From Cyanophora paradoxa CCMP329 (lineage: Eukaryota; Plantae; Glaucophyta): a DNA stretch of 64,000 nt. A program made the position numbers and the translations under genes. Below the pieces are notes generated by a model. That model searched no databases and was not told where the DNA came from. It worked only from the letters and a program-made list of their open reading frames with translations. Below are positions 1 through 11,222 of this stretch, one piece after another (positions within the stretch are counted from its first letter, which is position 1; each line of letters starts with the position of its first letter). The DNA lies in NCBI GenBank assembly GCA_004431415.1, contig QPMI01000520.1, positions 1 to 64,000 on the forward strand. The letters run 5' to 3'.

Positions 1-757
1 GGGCGGCAGGGACTGGAACTTCGTGTTCGGGCAGGCGCGGGTCGGGGAGGGTGTCGGGGTCTTCAGCTTCGCGCGCTACGGGCCGCCCTTCGAGGCCGCC
101 GACCCCGCCCTGCTCCTCCGCCGCTCCGCCAAGGTCGCCACCCACGAGATGGTGCCCCGCCCCGCCCCGCAGCCCCCCTCCCCCCCCCTCCTCCTCCCCC
201 CCCCCCCCCTTCCTCTCCCTGCATCCTCTCTCTCCCCGCTGTCGCCGCGCGCTGACTTGGAGCGCCCGCCCAAGGGTCACATGCTGGGCCTTGCGCACTG
301 CACTGCTGGCCACTGTGCGATGAACGGCAGCAACCATCTAGGTCTGCCGCGGCCCGCCCCCGCCGGCGCCGCGTGGCGGGGCCCCGGGCGGCCCTCCCCG
401 TCCTGAGCTTTGGCAGGCGAGAGCGACGCGAGGCCCCTGTTCCTCGTGCGCGCCGACCCCCCGCCCCCCCGCCCCCCCCCCCCCCACCCCCCCCACCCCC
501 CCGCCCCCCCCCCCCCTCTTCCCCTTTCCGCCGCGCGCCCGCGCGCCGCGACCGGCGCCCTGAGCGCCCCGCCGCGCGCGCAGTGCCCGCAGGATCTGCG
601 GAAGCTGCAGGCGGCGCTGGGATTCGATCCGCTGGGGCGGTACCGGGCCCTCCTCGGCGCGCTGGAGCGGCACCCGGCGCCCTTCGCCCCCGACATCCCC
701 TGGCTCCGCCGCCGCATCGAGGCCCTCGCGAGCGCCCCGCCCAGCCCCGCGAGCTGA
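1..757 (+). CDS. Archaemetzincin-like Zn metallopeptidase (M54/AMZ family), 5'-partial, spliced
   Basis: Joining across three GT-AG introns gives WNFVFGQA...GVGVFSFARY...ATHEM|GHMLGLAHCTAGHCAMNGSNHLG|ESDARPLFL|CPQDLRKL. This is the HExxHxxGxxHC-x4-CxM...LC motif of archaemetzincins. Stop TGA at 755-757. Confidence 0.9.
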
Positions 758-1035
758 ATTCGAACGTTGACATTCCGAATCTCATAATTATGTACAGTTA
801 CACCAGTTTACAGCAGTCAGAAACATCGCAGGTTGTCACACCCACAAGTTGAAAAGGAACCCATTGTACAACACTAAAACGGCGGGACCTGAGCGCCCGC
901 GGGATGTCGAACCGGGAGGGTAGAAAGGCTACTACTATACAGGGACTCGGCGCAGGGCCGGACGGGAGTTGAAAAGGTAGGGGCTCGGCGCTGGGCCGGA
1001 GGGAGGAGCAGTCGTCCGGCGCGGCGGCATGCGGC

Positions 1036-2000
1036 TCACGCGTCGCCGCCGGCCTCGGCCTCGGGCTCGTCAGTGGGCTCCACGTTGTCAAGGCTCGACT
1101 CGCGCAGGTGTTTGCGCAGCGTCTCGATCTTCGTCTTCTCCAGGTTCTCCATCAGCAGCTCCCTGACCAGCTCGGCGTCCGTGCACTCAACGATCTCCTC
1201 CTGCAGCGCGAAGAAGCGGAACCCTGCCACCGCCCGTCAGCCGCTAGGCGGGCGCGCGAGGCCAAGAGCGCCGCGGCGGTCCGCACCGAACGCGGGATGC
1301 TCCTTCAAGAGGTCCATGGCGAACTCCTTCGGGTCACGGCGTAGGCTATGCGAGTTGAAGAACGCCCTGCCCCAATCGATTAACAATAATACCAGCAATG
1401 TTATTTGAAGTCAAGCCCTCGATCTACCGGAAAGCAGTTGCCTCCGCCTCGTCCAGCTCGGAGATGAGGCGCTTGGCGGTGAGGTAGTTCGTGACGTTAA
1501 ACACGATCGTAGCCGCCTCCTTCTCCTTCACATAGAAGGGGTCGAAGGAATCGTAGGCTTGCTGGCCGCCGGCGACCTGCGGGCGGGAGTCAAAAAGTAG
1601 GCGCCCGGCCACGTATGCAAGGAGCTCGGGAGACGCAAGAAGCGAGCTAGTGTTATGACGCCCTGCACCCGGATAATGTTGCAAATAGCATTAGACGATC
1701 CTAAACTCCGCGCGGCGAACGGCCGCAACCGGAATCATGGCCTCTCGCCGGCGGCCGCGAACGTCAAACCGCGTGATCGCCGCCGGAGCCTCGGGACAGA
1801 CCCCGCGGAGCGTCCAGGGTCCCGGAGCTAATAATGGCATGGCTCACCACTTCAAAGCGAGAAGGAGCAGGTCGCGGCTCTTCGCAGAACTGGCGGCGGA
1901 CGCGGGATGTGGATGGCCTGAGCTGTTCCCGCGCCACCAAGCTGGAAGACGGCAGAACGCCGCGGGCGCGCTGAGGAAGGGCGACGGCGAAGGAGAACAT
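1036..2000 (-). CDS. rbcX: RbcX-like Rubisco assembly chaperone, plastid-targeted (exons 2000-1848, 1576-1428, 1366-1287, 1223-1036)
   Basis: Four phase-consistent exons with GT-AG introns. A transit peptide (MFSFAVALP...SRFEV) precedes DSFDPFYVKEKEAATIVFNVTNYLTAKRLISELDE...HSLRRDPKEFAMDLLKEHPAFGFRFFALQEEIVECTDAELVRELLMENLEKTKIETLRKHLRES, which aligns by eye with RbcX helices in length and pattern but is divergent. Confidence 0.7.
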
Positions 2001-2195
2001 GGTTGGAGGCTCGGGGCTGCTAACGAGTGTGAAAAGAGCAAGCTGGTTTGAAGTGTTTTATGGGCGTGCGAACGAAGGCAAAAAAAATCATCGACCACTA
2101 TGGGGCGAAATGATGAAATGATGGAGCGAACACTGGTCGATCGCATGCATATGACTCATGAATATTAATCTTGATAGAACGAGCGCTTGCTATAA

Positions 2196-5100
2196 TTAGC
2201 GATCGGACATCATCGGAGGTCCGCGCCGACTCCGCGGCCGAGACCCGGTGACCGTCCGACGGATCCCGGACTCCGCCGGACTCCGGACTCCGGAGTCCCC
2301 CCCCCGGACTCCCCCGTGGCCGGCCGCGGCCGCATGCACGTGCACTGCGCATGCGGCAGCTCGGGAGTCGGAACCAGCTGCAGCTGCAGCCTGCAGGAGG
2401 CCTGTGCAATGCGCAGGCCTGCAGCATGCGCACTGCGGCAGGGCGCCGGCCCGGCCGGGCCGGGGACGGGGGCCGGCTTGCCTTGGCTCTGGCACGGGCG
2501 CGAGCGCGGCCAGCGCGTCAGCTGCAGGTGCCCTTGGCCTCAATATCAATGCGGCCGGGCCCGGGCCGGGGCCCGGCGGGGACTCCATCACGATCGCGAG
2601 CCTCGGAGCTCTCCGATTGCGACGGCCTAGCTCAAGGCCTAAGTCTGGTCGCCCTCGTAGGCGCCGGGGAAGTAGTAGGAGAGGACGGCGCAGTAGCGGT
2701 GCGCCGCCCCATACGCGATGACGCTCCCGTTCACGAACCTGATCATGACTCACTTGGTTAGTGCCATGGTAAACTTGAAAGGGCCCCCGGGGGCCCGGGC
2801 CGGCGGGCGGGGCCCCAGCTGCAGCCTGGATCCGGAGGGCGCACATGCAGGCGAGGCTCCACTTGTTGGCGACGAGGAACCCCCAGGCGGTGGCCCCCTG
2901 CGCGCGGAGGCCGCCCCGGCGCGCTCATGATTAGAGGCGCATGCGCACTCGATCGCGATCGGGGCCCGGTGCCGGGGCGGCCGGCACCATCGGGAGCTCG
3001 AGCTCGAGGGGCGCGTCGAGCTCTGTGGCCGGAGGAGCCTCGGCGTCGGGGTCCGGGCCGCGGGCGGGGCGGCGGGCGGCGGCGCGGAAGTAGAGCCCCG
3101 CGGCGAGCCAGGCGAGGGCGACGACGAGGATCGAGGCGCAGGCCGCGCCGGCAATGGCCGCCGCCTGCTGCTCTGAGAGCACCGCGGGGCCGTAGGGCCA
3201 CAGGAAGCGCGCGGGGCCGTAGCGGCAGGCCGCCAGCCACACGAGGAAGTGCACAGAGGCCAGGATGCTGATGAGGGACTGCGCATGCGCACCGGCGCGC
3301 GGGCGTCGAGATCAGCCCCGGCCGATTGGGGCGGCAAGCTCAAGTACGTATACGTAGACATCTAGATCTGGCGCGCCTGGATGAGGAAGACGGAATAGCC
3401 GGCCTCGGCGGCGAAGGCGCGGGCGAGGGGCAGCTCCTCCTCCAGGTCCCCCCCGGGGCCTAGGCCTGCGGCTGTCGGTTGCTCCCCGTCGACGTCGCGG
3501 TCGCGATCGATCGCGAGGTGCGCGATGCGTGCGCACGATCGCGAGGAGCGGGGGTGGAGGAGGCGCGCTTGGGCCCGGATCGGTGGCGGCCGAGGAGGAG
3601 GGAGGCGATCTCGCGGAGGAGGCGGAGCACGAAGCGGCGCGCGAAGAGGCGCGCCAGCAGCGGGGCCCCCAGCACCGCCACCTCCTGCCCCGGCCCCGCC
3701 CCTCAGATCGAGATCCAGGCCGCTCCGGCGACGACCGGCACATGTACAGGCCGGCCGCGGTGGAGGGGCGGGGCGGACCGTCAGCACGGAGGCGGCGAGG
3801 ACGGCCGGGTCGCCCGCCCGGAACGAGAGCGCGAAACGGAAGCTCTTGTGCATGTACTGCGCATGCACGGGGGCGGGTCAGATGGGATGGGATGGGGTGG
3901 GGTCGGGTGGGGTGGGGCGTCGACCATGAGCCAAGAGGCGACGATGAGGGGGGCCTGGCCGGCGGGGAGGAGGCCGGCGAGGAAGTCGCGGAAGGCGCGC
4001 AGGATGGCGAGCGAGAGGAGGAAGAAGGCCGCGTTGAAGGCCAGGTTGATCACCACCTGCGCCCCGCCACCCCGCCCACCTCGCTTCCGCCCCGCCCCGC
4101 ATCTAGATCTGCAGCGCAGCTGCCCTCCCCCCGCGCCCTCTCGTCGCCTCGGATCCCGAACCTGGGCGGTGGGCTGTGCGGAGTAGGCCGCGAAGAGAGC
4201 GACGTAGCTGCGGAAGCCCGCGCGCGTCACGAGTGCACGGACTGTGGGCGACGGGGCGGGGGCGGGCCGGGGCGGCGGGGCGCACGAGAACTGGAAGTAG
4301 ACGGTGAAGTTCAGCGAGGCGAGGAAGACTCCGAAGACGACCACGAAGCGCAGCGGCCGCTCCGGCGGCCACGCCCCCTCGCCCCGCCCCGCCCCCGGCG
4401 TCCCCGCCCGGCTCACGGAGGCGGAGCCGGCCGCGGCCGCGGAGGCGCCAGCAGGGGCGGGGGTGGGGCCCTCGCTATCGCCGGCGGGGGCGAGGCCGGA
4501 GACGATCGCGAGGGGAGGGGGCTCCAAGGCCCCCGCTCGCCGGGGCCGCCGCCGGGGCCGCCGGCGGCGGCGAGGAGCGCGAAGGCCTGCTGGAGGGCCT
4601 GCGAGGGGGCGGGGGCAGGCGGCGGCGTCAGCGATCGCGCGCCTGCAGCTGGCGGCCCGCACAAGTCGGCGCTGCGGCCATGGCCAGCTGCTGCGCGCAC
4701 CTGGAGGTCCCAGAGGAAGCCCGAGCGGCGCTGCGAGCGGCCGCTCGCGGCGCCGCGGCGCGCGGAGCTCGAGAGGAGCGGGGCCGAGGGCGAGGGGAGG
4801 GCGCGGGGAGGGCGAGGCGCCGCCAAGGTCCGATCGCGATCGCGACGCCGGGCGCGACGGCGAGTCGGCGTCACGGTCGGCGTCGGCGCGCGGCGCGAGC
4901 GCGAGGGGCGTGACCGTGATGCGCACGGGCCCCGCCGCCGGCGTCCGGCCGGCGAGGCGGCCGTCCTCGTCGCCGTGCCCGGGTACGCCGTTGGCGTGCG
5001 GTGCGTGCGAGGGCCGGGGAGAGGGCGCCGCCGGCGGCGTCGCCGGTGCGCCACAGACATCGAGGGGCCCGGGAGCTCGAGCGGGGTGAACTTGCGATCG

Positions 5101-6215
5101 GAGGGGCGGGAGGCGGCCGCGGCCGGCCATGGGGGCGACGCTCAGAAGTTTGCGGAAGGAGCTCGTGGGACGGGTACGGGTACCGCGGCCAGCTGCCGCC
5201 AATGACGAGGCGGACCTGGATCCCGAAGTCGAGGCGGCGCCGTGCGCGTCGACGCCGATCGCGACGCCGTCGCCGGCGAGCTGCGCATGCAGCGAGCCCG
5301 AGGAGGCGGGGCTGGCGCGCCGCTCTCCAGCCCGCGACCCCCGCGATGTCGACGGCCCGCCCTCCGCACCGAGGTCGCCGGCGGGGGCGGGGGCGGGGGC
5401 GACGGGCGGGCCGCGGCGGCGGAAGGCGAGGGCGGAGAAGAAGGCGAGGCAGAGGACGACGCCGAGGATCCAGAGGAAGGCGATGAGGGTGCCGATGAGG
5501 GGCAGGCGGCGGAAGCCCGGGACGGCGGCCGCCAGGAGGCGCATGCCGAGGAGCAGGACGGAGGCGACCGCCGCGTTGCTCGCCGCCGACTTGGCCGGCG
5601 CCTCGCGGGGCGCCCATCGCAGCGCCAGCGCCATGAACACGTTCACCAGCAGCGTCGCCTGCGCAGCGCATCCCCGAAACGTGACCTCCGGCACGCCGGC
5701 GCGGAGGGCAGGACGGGAGGGGCTGCATGCGCATGCGCGATTGGACGGCGGGTGGGGCGGATCCCGGAACGCACGGAGCAGGCGGCGCAGGCGAAGACGG
5801 GGATGGCCCAGGCCTCGGGGAGGAGGTGGTAGGGGACGATGCCCCAGAGGAGAACCTGCAGCAGCGGCGCCGCGAGCAGCACGGCGGTTGCCCACGCCTT
5901 CTCCCGCCGGCCCGCCGTCGCCCGGCAGGCGGCCGCCCCCGGCGCCGTGCCTTTCGCACTCGCCTTCACATGTACATGGACGGCCCGTGCGCTCGCAGCG
6001 AGGCCGAAGCTGAAGCTTTTTAAGGCCCCCGCGTCGGGCTGAAGTCCGCCGGCAGCTGCTGCGGCGGCCTGCCCCTCGCGCTCTGCTTCTGCTGCTGCAC
6101 TAACACTGCAGCCGAGGCCGCCAGGCTCCGGTGGCGCCGGCAGCTGCGATTCCGGCCGCGGGGTTCGCATGGCCGCGGCCGTGGCCATGGCCGCAGTTGG
6201 CCAGCTCATGATCAT
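2196..6215 (-). CDS. Uncharacterised polytopic membrane protein, spliced; ends uncertain
   Basis: Successive minus-strand exons encode about 10 or more hydrophobic helices (e.g. AVLLAAPLLQVLLWGIV, LIGTLIAFLWILGVVLCLAFFSALAF, FVVVFGVFLASLNFTVYF, VVINLAFNAAFFLLSLAIL, ACASILVVALAWLAAGLYF), separated by introns of the local type. No family recognised. Confidence 0.5.
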
Positions 6216-6757
6216 CCGCGGCCGCTGCCAGCGGGCTCGAACGCGGCCCGCATGCGCATCGGCCGCGGGCCGGCGCCGGCCAATGCTGCCGCGGCCGCAG
6301 TGCTCCGATCCGCCGCCGGATCGATATCCCGGACCGCGGCCGACGCCAAGTTAGGGTCGAACGTCCGACGCCGCCGCCGTGGGGTCCAAGTTGGGGTCCG
6401 ACGCAGCCTTTAAGGCAACGTGCCAAGTTGGTGTCCGACGTCGACGGTATATACGTAGTACTAGTGGTGCATGGCAACTTCGTGCGCGTGAATATTAATG
6501 CGGGCCGGGAGTCCCGGGGGGCCGGGACGACTACGTCACGGACTCACGGTTACCGGTTAACCCCAAGCCGCAATCATTTTTCGATACCCGGCCTTCGAAT
6601 TCGTTGCATTATGGACGCGCGCTCATACAAAGCGCGCTCTGCTTCTCGTTGCGGGGGGGATCTAGATGGGTGCGGGGGGATGCCTGGGCGCGGGGCGCGG
6701 GGGGCGGCGGGCTTGGGGGACGGGAGGGGAGGGGGCCCCGCAGGGCGCCGGGGGCGG

Positions 6758-9700
6758 CTAGACGGAGGCGTGGGAGACGAGGCGGCGGAAGGGGCCGTCC
6801 CGCGCCATCAGCTGCCGCGGCGTCAGGGCGGGGCGGGCGGGGCGGGGGGCGGGGGCCGGGCGGGGCGCCTCGGAGTAGGAGCCGAGCTCGGCGATGCGCC
6901 CGTCCTGCAGCACCGCGATCGTGTCCGCGTGCTCGATCGTGCTCAGCCTGCCCCGGGGGCCCCTCAGCGGGGGGCGGGGCGGGGCGGGGCGGGGCGGGGC
7001 GGGGCGGGGACCGGTGGGCGATGACGAGGCAGGAGCGGCCGCGGGTGGCGCGCTGGAGGGCCTCCTGGACGAGCCGCTCGGACTCGTTGTCCAGCGCCGA
7101 CGTCGCCTCGTCGAGGATCAGCAGCCGCGGCCGCTTCACCAGCGCCCGCGCGATCGCCACCCTGCCCCCGCCCTCAGCCAGGGCCCCCCGGCGGCCCCTC
7201 GCCCCGGGCGGGGCGGACCGCTGCTTCTGCCCGCCGGAGAGGGAGCGCCCGGCCTCGCCGACGTGCGTCTCGTACCCGTCGGGGAGCTCCCGGATGAACT
7301 CCTCCGCGTTCGCCTCTGCGCCCGCCCCGCCGCCCCCGCTCGGGCCCTCGCCCCGGCCCCGCCGCGAGGGCCGGCCGACGCACCGCGCGCCGCCTGCTCG
7401 ACCTCCTCGTCCGTCGCGTCCAGCCGCCCGTACCTGGCCCGCCCCGCCCGCCCTCAGCCCCCGCCCCGCCCCTCCCCCTCCCTCCAGGCTCCCCTCCGGA
7501 CCCCGAGCGTCCGGCCTCGAGCCTTGGGCCGCGGGCGCACCGGATGTTTTCGCGGATGCTCGTCGCGAAGAGGGTCTGGGGCAAGGTCGGCGGGGAGGCG
7601 GGGCCCGGGCCGGGGGCGGGGCCGGGGCGGCGCACGAGTTCCTGCGGCACGATACCGATACTCTCGCGGAGCCAGCGCGGGTCCAGCGTCCGAGCCTGCG
7701 CGCCCCGGCGCCTCAACGCGGGAGAGCGGAGGCGGCTCGGGGCCTCGGGGCGGGGGCGCACGTCGACGCCGTCGAAGAGGACGGCGCCGGCGTCGGGCTC
7801 GTAGAGGCGCGCGATGAGCGCCGCGATCGTGCTCTTCCCGCTCCCGCTGCCCCCCACCACCGCCACCATCTGGCCCCCGCCCAGGCTCGCCCCCGAGGGG
7901 CGAGGGCGGGGGCCGGGGGCGGGGGGCGGGGACCCGGCCGGGGTGGATGGCGAGGTCGAGGCCGGAGAGGACCTCGGCCTCGGGGCGCGTCGGGTAGCGG
8001 AAGACGACGCCCCGCAGCTCCACGTGCCCCTCGAGCCGCTCCAGGCGCCGGCCCCCCGAGCACGGGACCGCGGGGACGCGCTCGAGGATCTCGAAGACGC
8101 GGGCCGAGGCCCCCACGGCGCGCATGAGCTCCGAGTAGACGGAGGAGGCGCCCGTGATGCCCAGCCCGGCGTACACGGCGTACATCGAGAAGGCCGTCAG
8201 GTCCCCCACCGTGATCGCCCCCTGCGCCCCGCCCCTCAGCGGGCCGGCGAGACCGGGCGGGAGGTCGGGCGGGGCGGGGGCGGGGGCGTGCCTGGGCGAC
8301 CATGGTGCCGCCGACGAAGAGGACGAGGAGGGAGGAGAGGTTCGCCACCGACGTCGCGAACCCTGTGTACAGCCCGTTCGCGATCTGCGGCCGGGCCGCT
8401 GAGCGGGAGCCGGGCGCCGGGCAGCGGGGCGGGGGCGGGGGCGGCGCACGGCGCCCTCGCGGCCGGTGCGGAAGACCTCGAGGGCCTTCTGCCAGTAGCG
8501 CTCCTGCGGGGCCGGCGTCAGGGGCCGGGGCGGGGGCGGGGCGGGGCGGGGGTGCGGGGCCTTCTCGAGGGGCTCGCGGGCGAAGTAGCGGACGAGGCGG
8601 ACGGAGCCGAGGCGCTCCTCCGCCACGCTCGTCGCCTCCGCCAGCGCCCCCTGCCCCCCGCCCCGCCTCGCCCGGGGGCCCCCGCGGCCCCGGCGGGGCG
8701 GGCGGGCCTGGAGGGATTTGGAGAGGAGCTTGATGTAGCGCCCGTAGACGGCCGCCAGCGCCGCCATCGGCAGCAGCACCGACACCGAGATCACCGCTGC
8801 CCCGCCCCGCCTCAGCGCGACACGCGGGGAGGGGGCGGGGCGGGGCGGGGGCGGGCGGACTGAGCTTGGGGGAGATGGAGAGGAGGAGGACGAGGGAGAC
8901 GGCGAGGGCGAGGACGGAGCGGGCGGCCGACGAGGCGTTCTCCGAGATGCACTTCGCCACGATCTGCCGCCCCCGTCGGCCCCCCGCCGGGGCGCGGCGC
9001 GGCGGGCGGGGCGGGGCGGGCCTTGACGTCGGAGCCGAGGCGGTTGATGATCTCGCCCGTGCGCGCCTCGTCGAAGAACGCCAGGTCCTGCTCGATCACC
9101 TGCCCGCCCCGCCCCGCGCTCGGCCCCACGCCCCCGCCCCCCCGGCGCCCCGCGGCGCGGGCGGGGCGGACCGAGGCGAACATCTGCTGGCGGAGGCGGA
9201 GGGCGATGCGCTCGGTGGTGAGGTAGAGGAGGACGCTGCGGGCGGAGGAGGCGACGGCGCCGACGCCGAAGAGGGCCGCCAGCAGCGTCGCCGACGACTG
9301 CAGCTCCTCCACACCCGCCGCCCCCCGCGACGCCACGTCCATCTGCCCGCCCCGCCCCCCCGCCCGTCATCCCCCGGCCCCGCCCGGCCGGCGCGCGCGC
9401 GGCGCGCCATCGATCCCATGATCTGCGCCCCGCCCCCGCGCCTCGTCGTCAGCTGTAGGCAGGGGCGTGCGGGCGGGCGGGGGCGGGCCTTGGGGAAGGC
9501 GAGGCTGGTGGCGGAGGCGACGCCGAGGCACGCGATGGCGGTCAGCAGGATCGGCGCCTCCGGCCTCGCCAGCTGCCCCCGCCCCCGTCACCCCCGCCCC
9601 GCCGGGAGCGGCCCGGGGGGGCCGCGATCGCGAGGGGCGGCCCGGCGCCATAGCGGCGCCTCGAAAGCTGGGGCAGGCGAGGTGACGCGGGCGGGGCGGG

Positions 9701-10112
9701 CGGCCGCGCACGTTCCAGAGGCGCATCATCTCTTCGCGCTTGGGGAGCAGGCGGCGCTTCTGCGGCTGCGCGCGCTCCTCGTCCTCCTCCTCTTTCGTGA
9801 GGCTGCGATCGTCGTCCTGCACCGGCGGATCGCTTAGCTACGCTACGCCTCCGCGGCCGCGCCGCCCCTCGGCGCAAGCCAGACCTCTTCGGCATCGCTT
9901 CGGAAGCGCCGGCCCGCTGCAGCCATCCAGTCTCGCGCGCTGAGCTTCGGAATCTTGAGCTTGTCCGAATGCGACGCCGAGCTGGGACTCGACACGGGTG
10001 CTGCATGCGGATCGCTCGGGGTCGCGAACGCCCGAAGCGGCGCGCCGCCGAGGCTGGACCGCCAGGGAGGTGCGCGCACGGACACCCGTAACGCCCAAGC
10101 TGCAGAAAGCAT
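6758..10112 (-). CDS. ABCB half transporter (ABCB10/Mdl1-like), probably mitochondrial, many short introns
   Basis: TMD motifs ([47 protein letters not shown]), Walker [10 protein letters not shown], signature LSGGQKQ, Walker [17 protein letters not shown]. Arg/Ala/Ser-rich presequence from ATG at 10112. Stop TAG at 6760-6758. Confidence 0.92.
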
Positions 10113-10267
10113 CGCTGCACCTCTGACGCTTCCCCGATCGCTGACGCCGGATCGCAAACTCGAATCGCGCTGAGCCGATCGAAGCCGCTTATGGAGCAGT
10201 TGAGAACGTTTTGGGAGCGCCTCTAGCTGAGCCCTGGGCGGCTGTGACAGGCCGTCCAGGTACGATG

Positions 10268-10335
10268 GGTGCTATCTAGATTCGAACCGCGGTCTCCCGA
10301 ATGCGACAGGTGCTACCTGGATTCGAACCGCGGTC
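10268..10335 (-). repeat. 27-bp direct repeat (2 copies, 25/27 identical) containing a tRNA T-arm/B-box-like GGTTCGAATC on the minus strand
   Basis: ggtgctatctagattcgaaccgcggtc (10268-10294) and ggtgctacctggattcgaaccgcggtc (10309-10335). No full cloverleaf. Confidence 0.6.
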
Positions 10336-11222
10336 CGAGTCGACGTCCAGCCTGGTCCAGGCCGCGCGCCGCGCATGCAGTGCACATGCATGCGCACTTT
10401 CAACTCCCGATCCGCTCCGGGATCCTGCTCCGCAGGCCTAGGTGGCCGTTCCTTGTGTGCTTTACAGATTTACGGGGCCCGAGCGCAGTTTAGCGCTAGC
10501 GTGCCTGCGTTTAAACCACGTACTCGAGCGCTAGCTCGCCGGCACCGTGTTGCACGCCGTGACGGTACCGGTAATTGCAATTGTCGTGTGCGCGGCGCGC
10601 CCGGCGGGCGGCCGCGGGCGGCCGCGGGCGCATGCGCACCCCCGCGCGCGCGCTACATGTACAGCTAACGTTATAATTAACCAGCGCGCGCTAATAACCA
10701 GCTTGGTAACGAAAGCGCGAGGTTTCGAATTCGGTAATGAATTCGAAGTCGGCTACCCAGGGTAAACTTATGGAATCCGCGGCCGGCCGCGGCTCCGGAT
10801 CCCCGTGTACATGTCACGCCACAGCAGCAGTCTGCAGCTGATGATATCGATTGCAGTTGCGCTGGCTGATGCACAACACAAAATCTTGCGCTATCGATTG
10901 CTTAAAGTTATTTATTGCAGCTGGACTCTAAAGTAATAAAGGGATCAAGAGTCTGCGTGTTCAAAATGGTAGCTGAAATATGCGCCGAGGAGGAGCTTCA
11001 TACTTCACGCTCGAAATGGTGGCTTCATGATCGAGACCGAGAAAGAAGCGTACTAGTCTGCGAAGAAAGAAGCAACGGAGCGTTCTGAACGTGAGCCAGT
11101 GAGAGAAAAGGAGCGTCTCTGAGGAACGTGAGAGAAAAGGAGCCGGCTGCGGCTGTCGCGCGGCAGCGCGTGCCGGCACAGAGGCGGCACAAAAGATCAA
11201 GCGGGGCGCAGGATCGGCGGGC

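Noticed and set aside
1424-1428. Stop-codon readthrough or pseudogene in rbcX
   Set aside because: The TAG lies inside a GT-AG intron (donor at 1427); splicing restores the frame.
10268-10335. Functional tRNA gene
   Set aside because: No D-arm/A-box or acceptor stem pairing; the T-stem is imperfect.
10370-10870. Cloning-vector polylinker contamination
   Set aside because: Palindrome tracts differ in sequence at each locus, overlap each other and occur in many intergenic regions and introns; no vector backbone is present.
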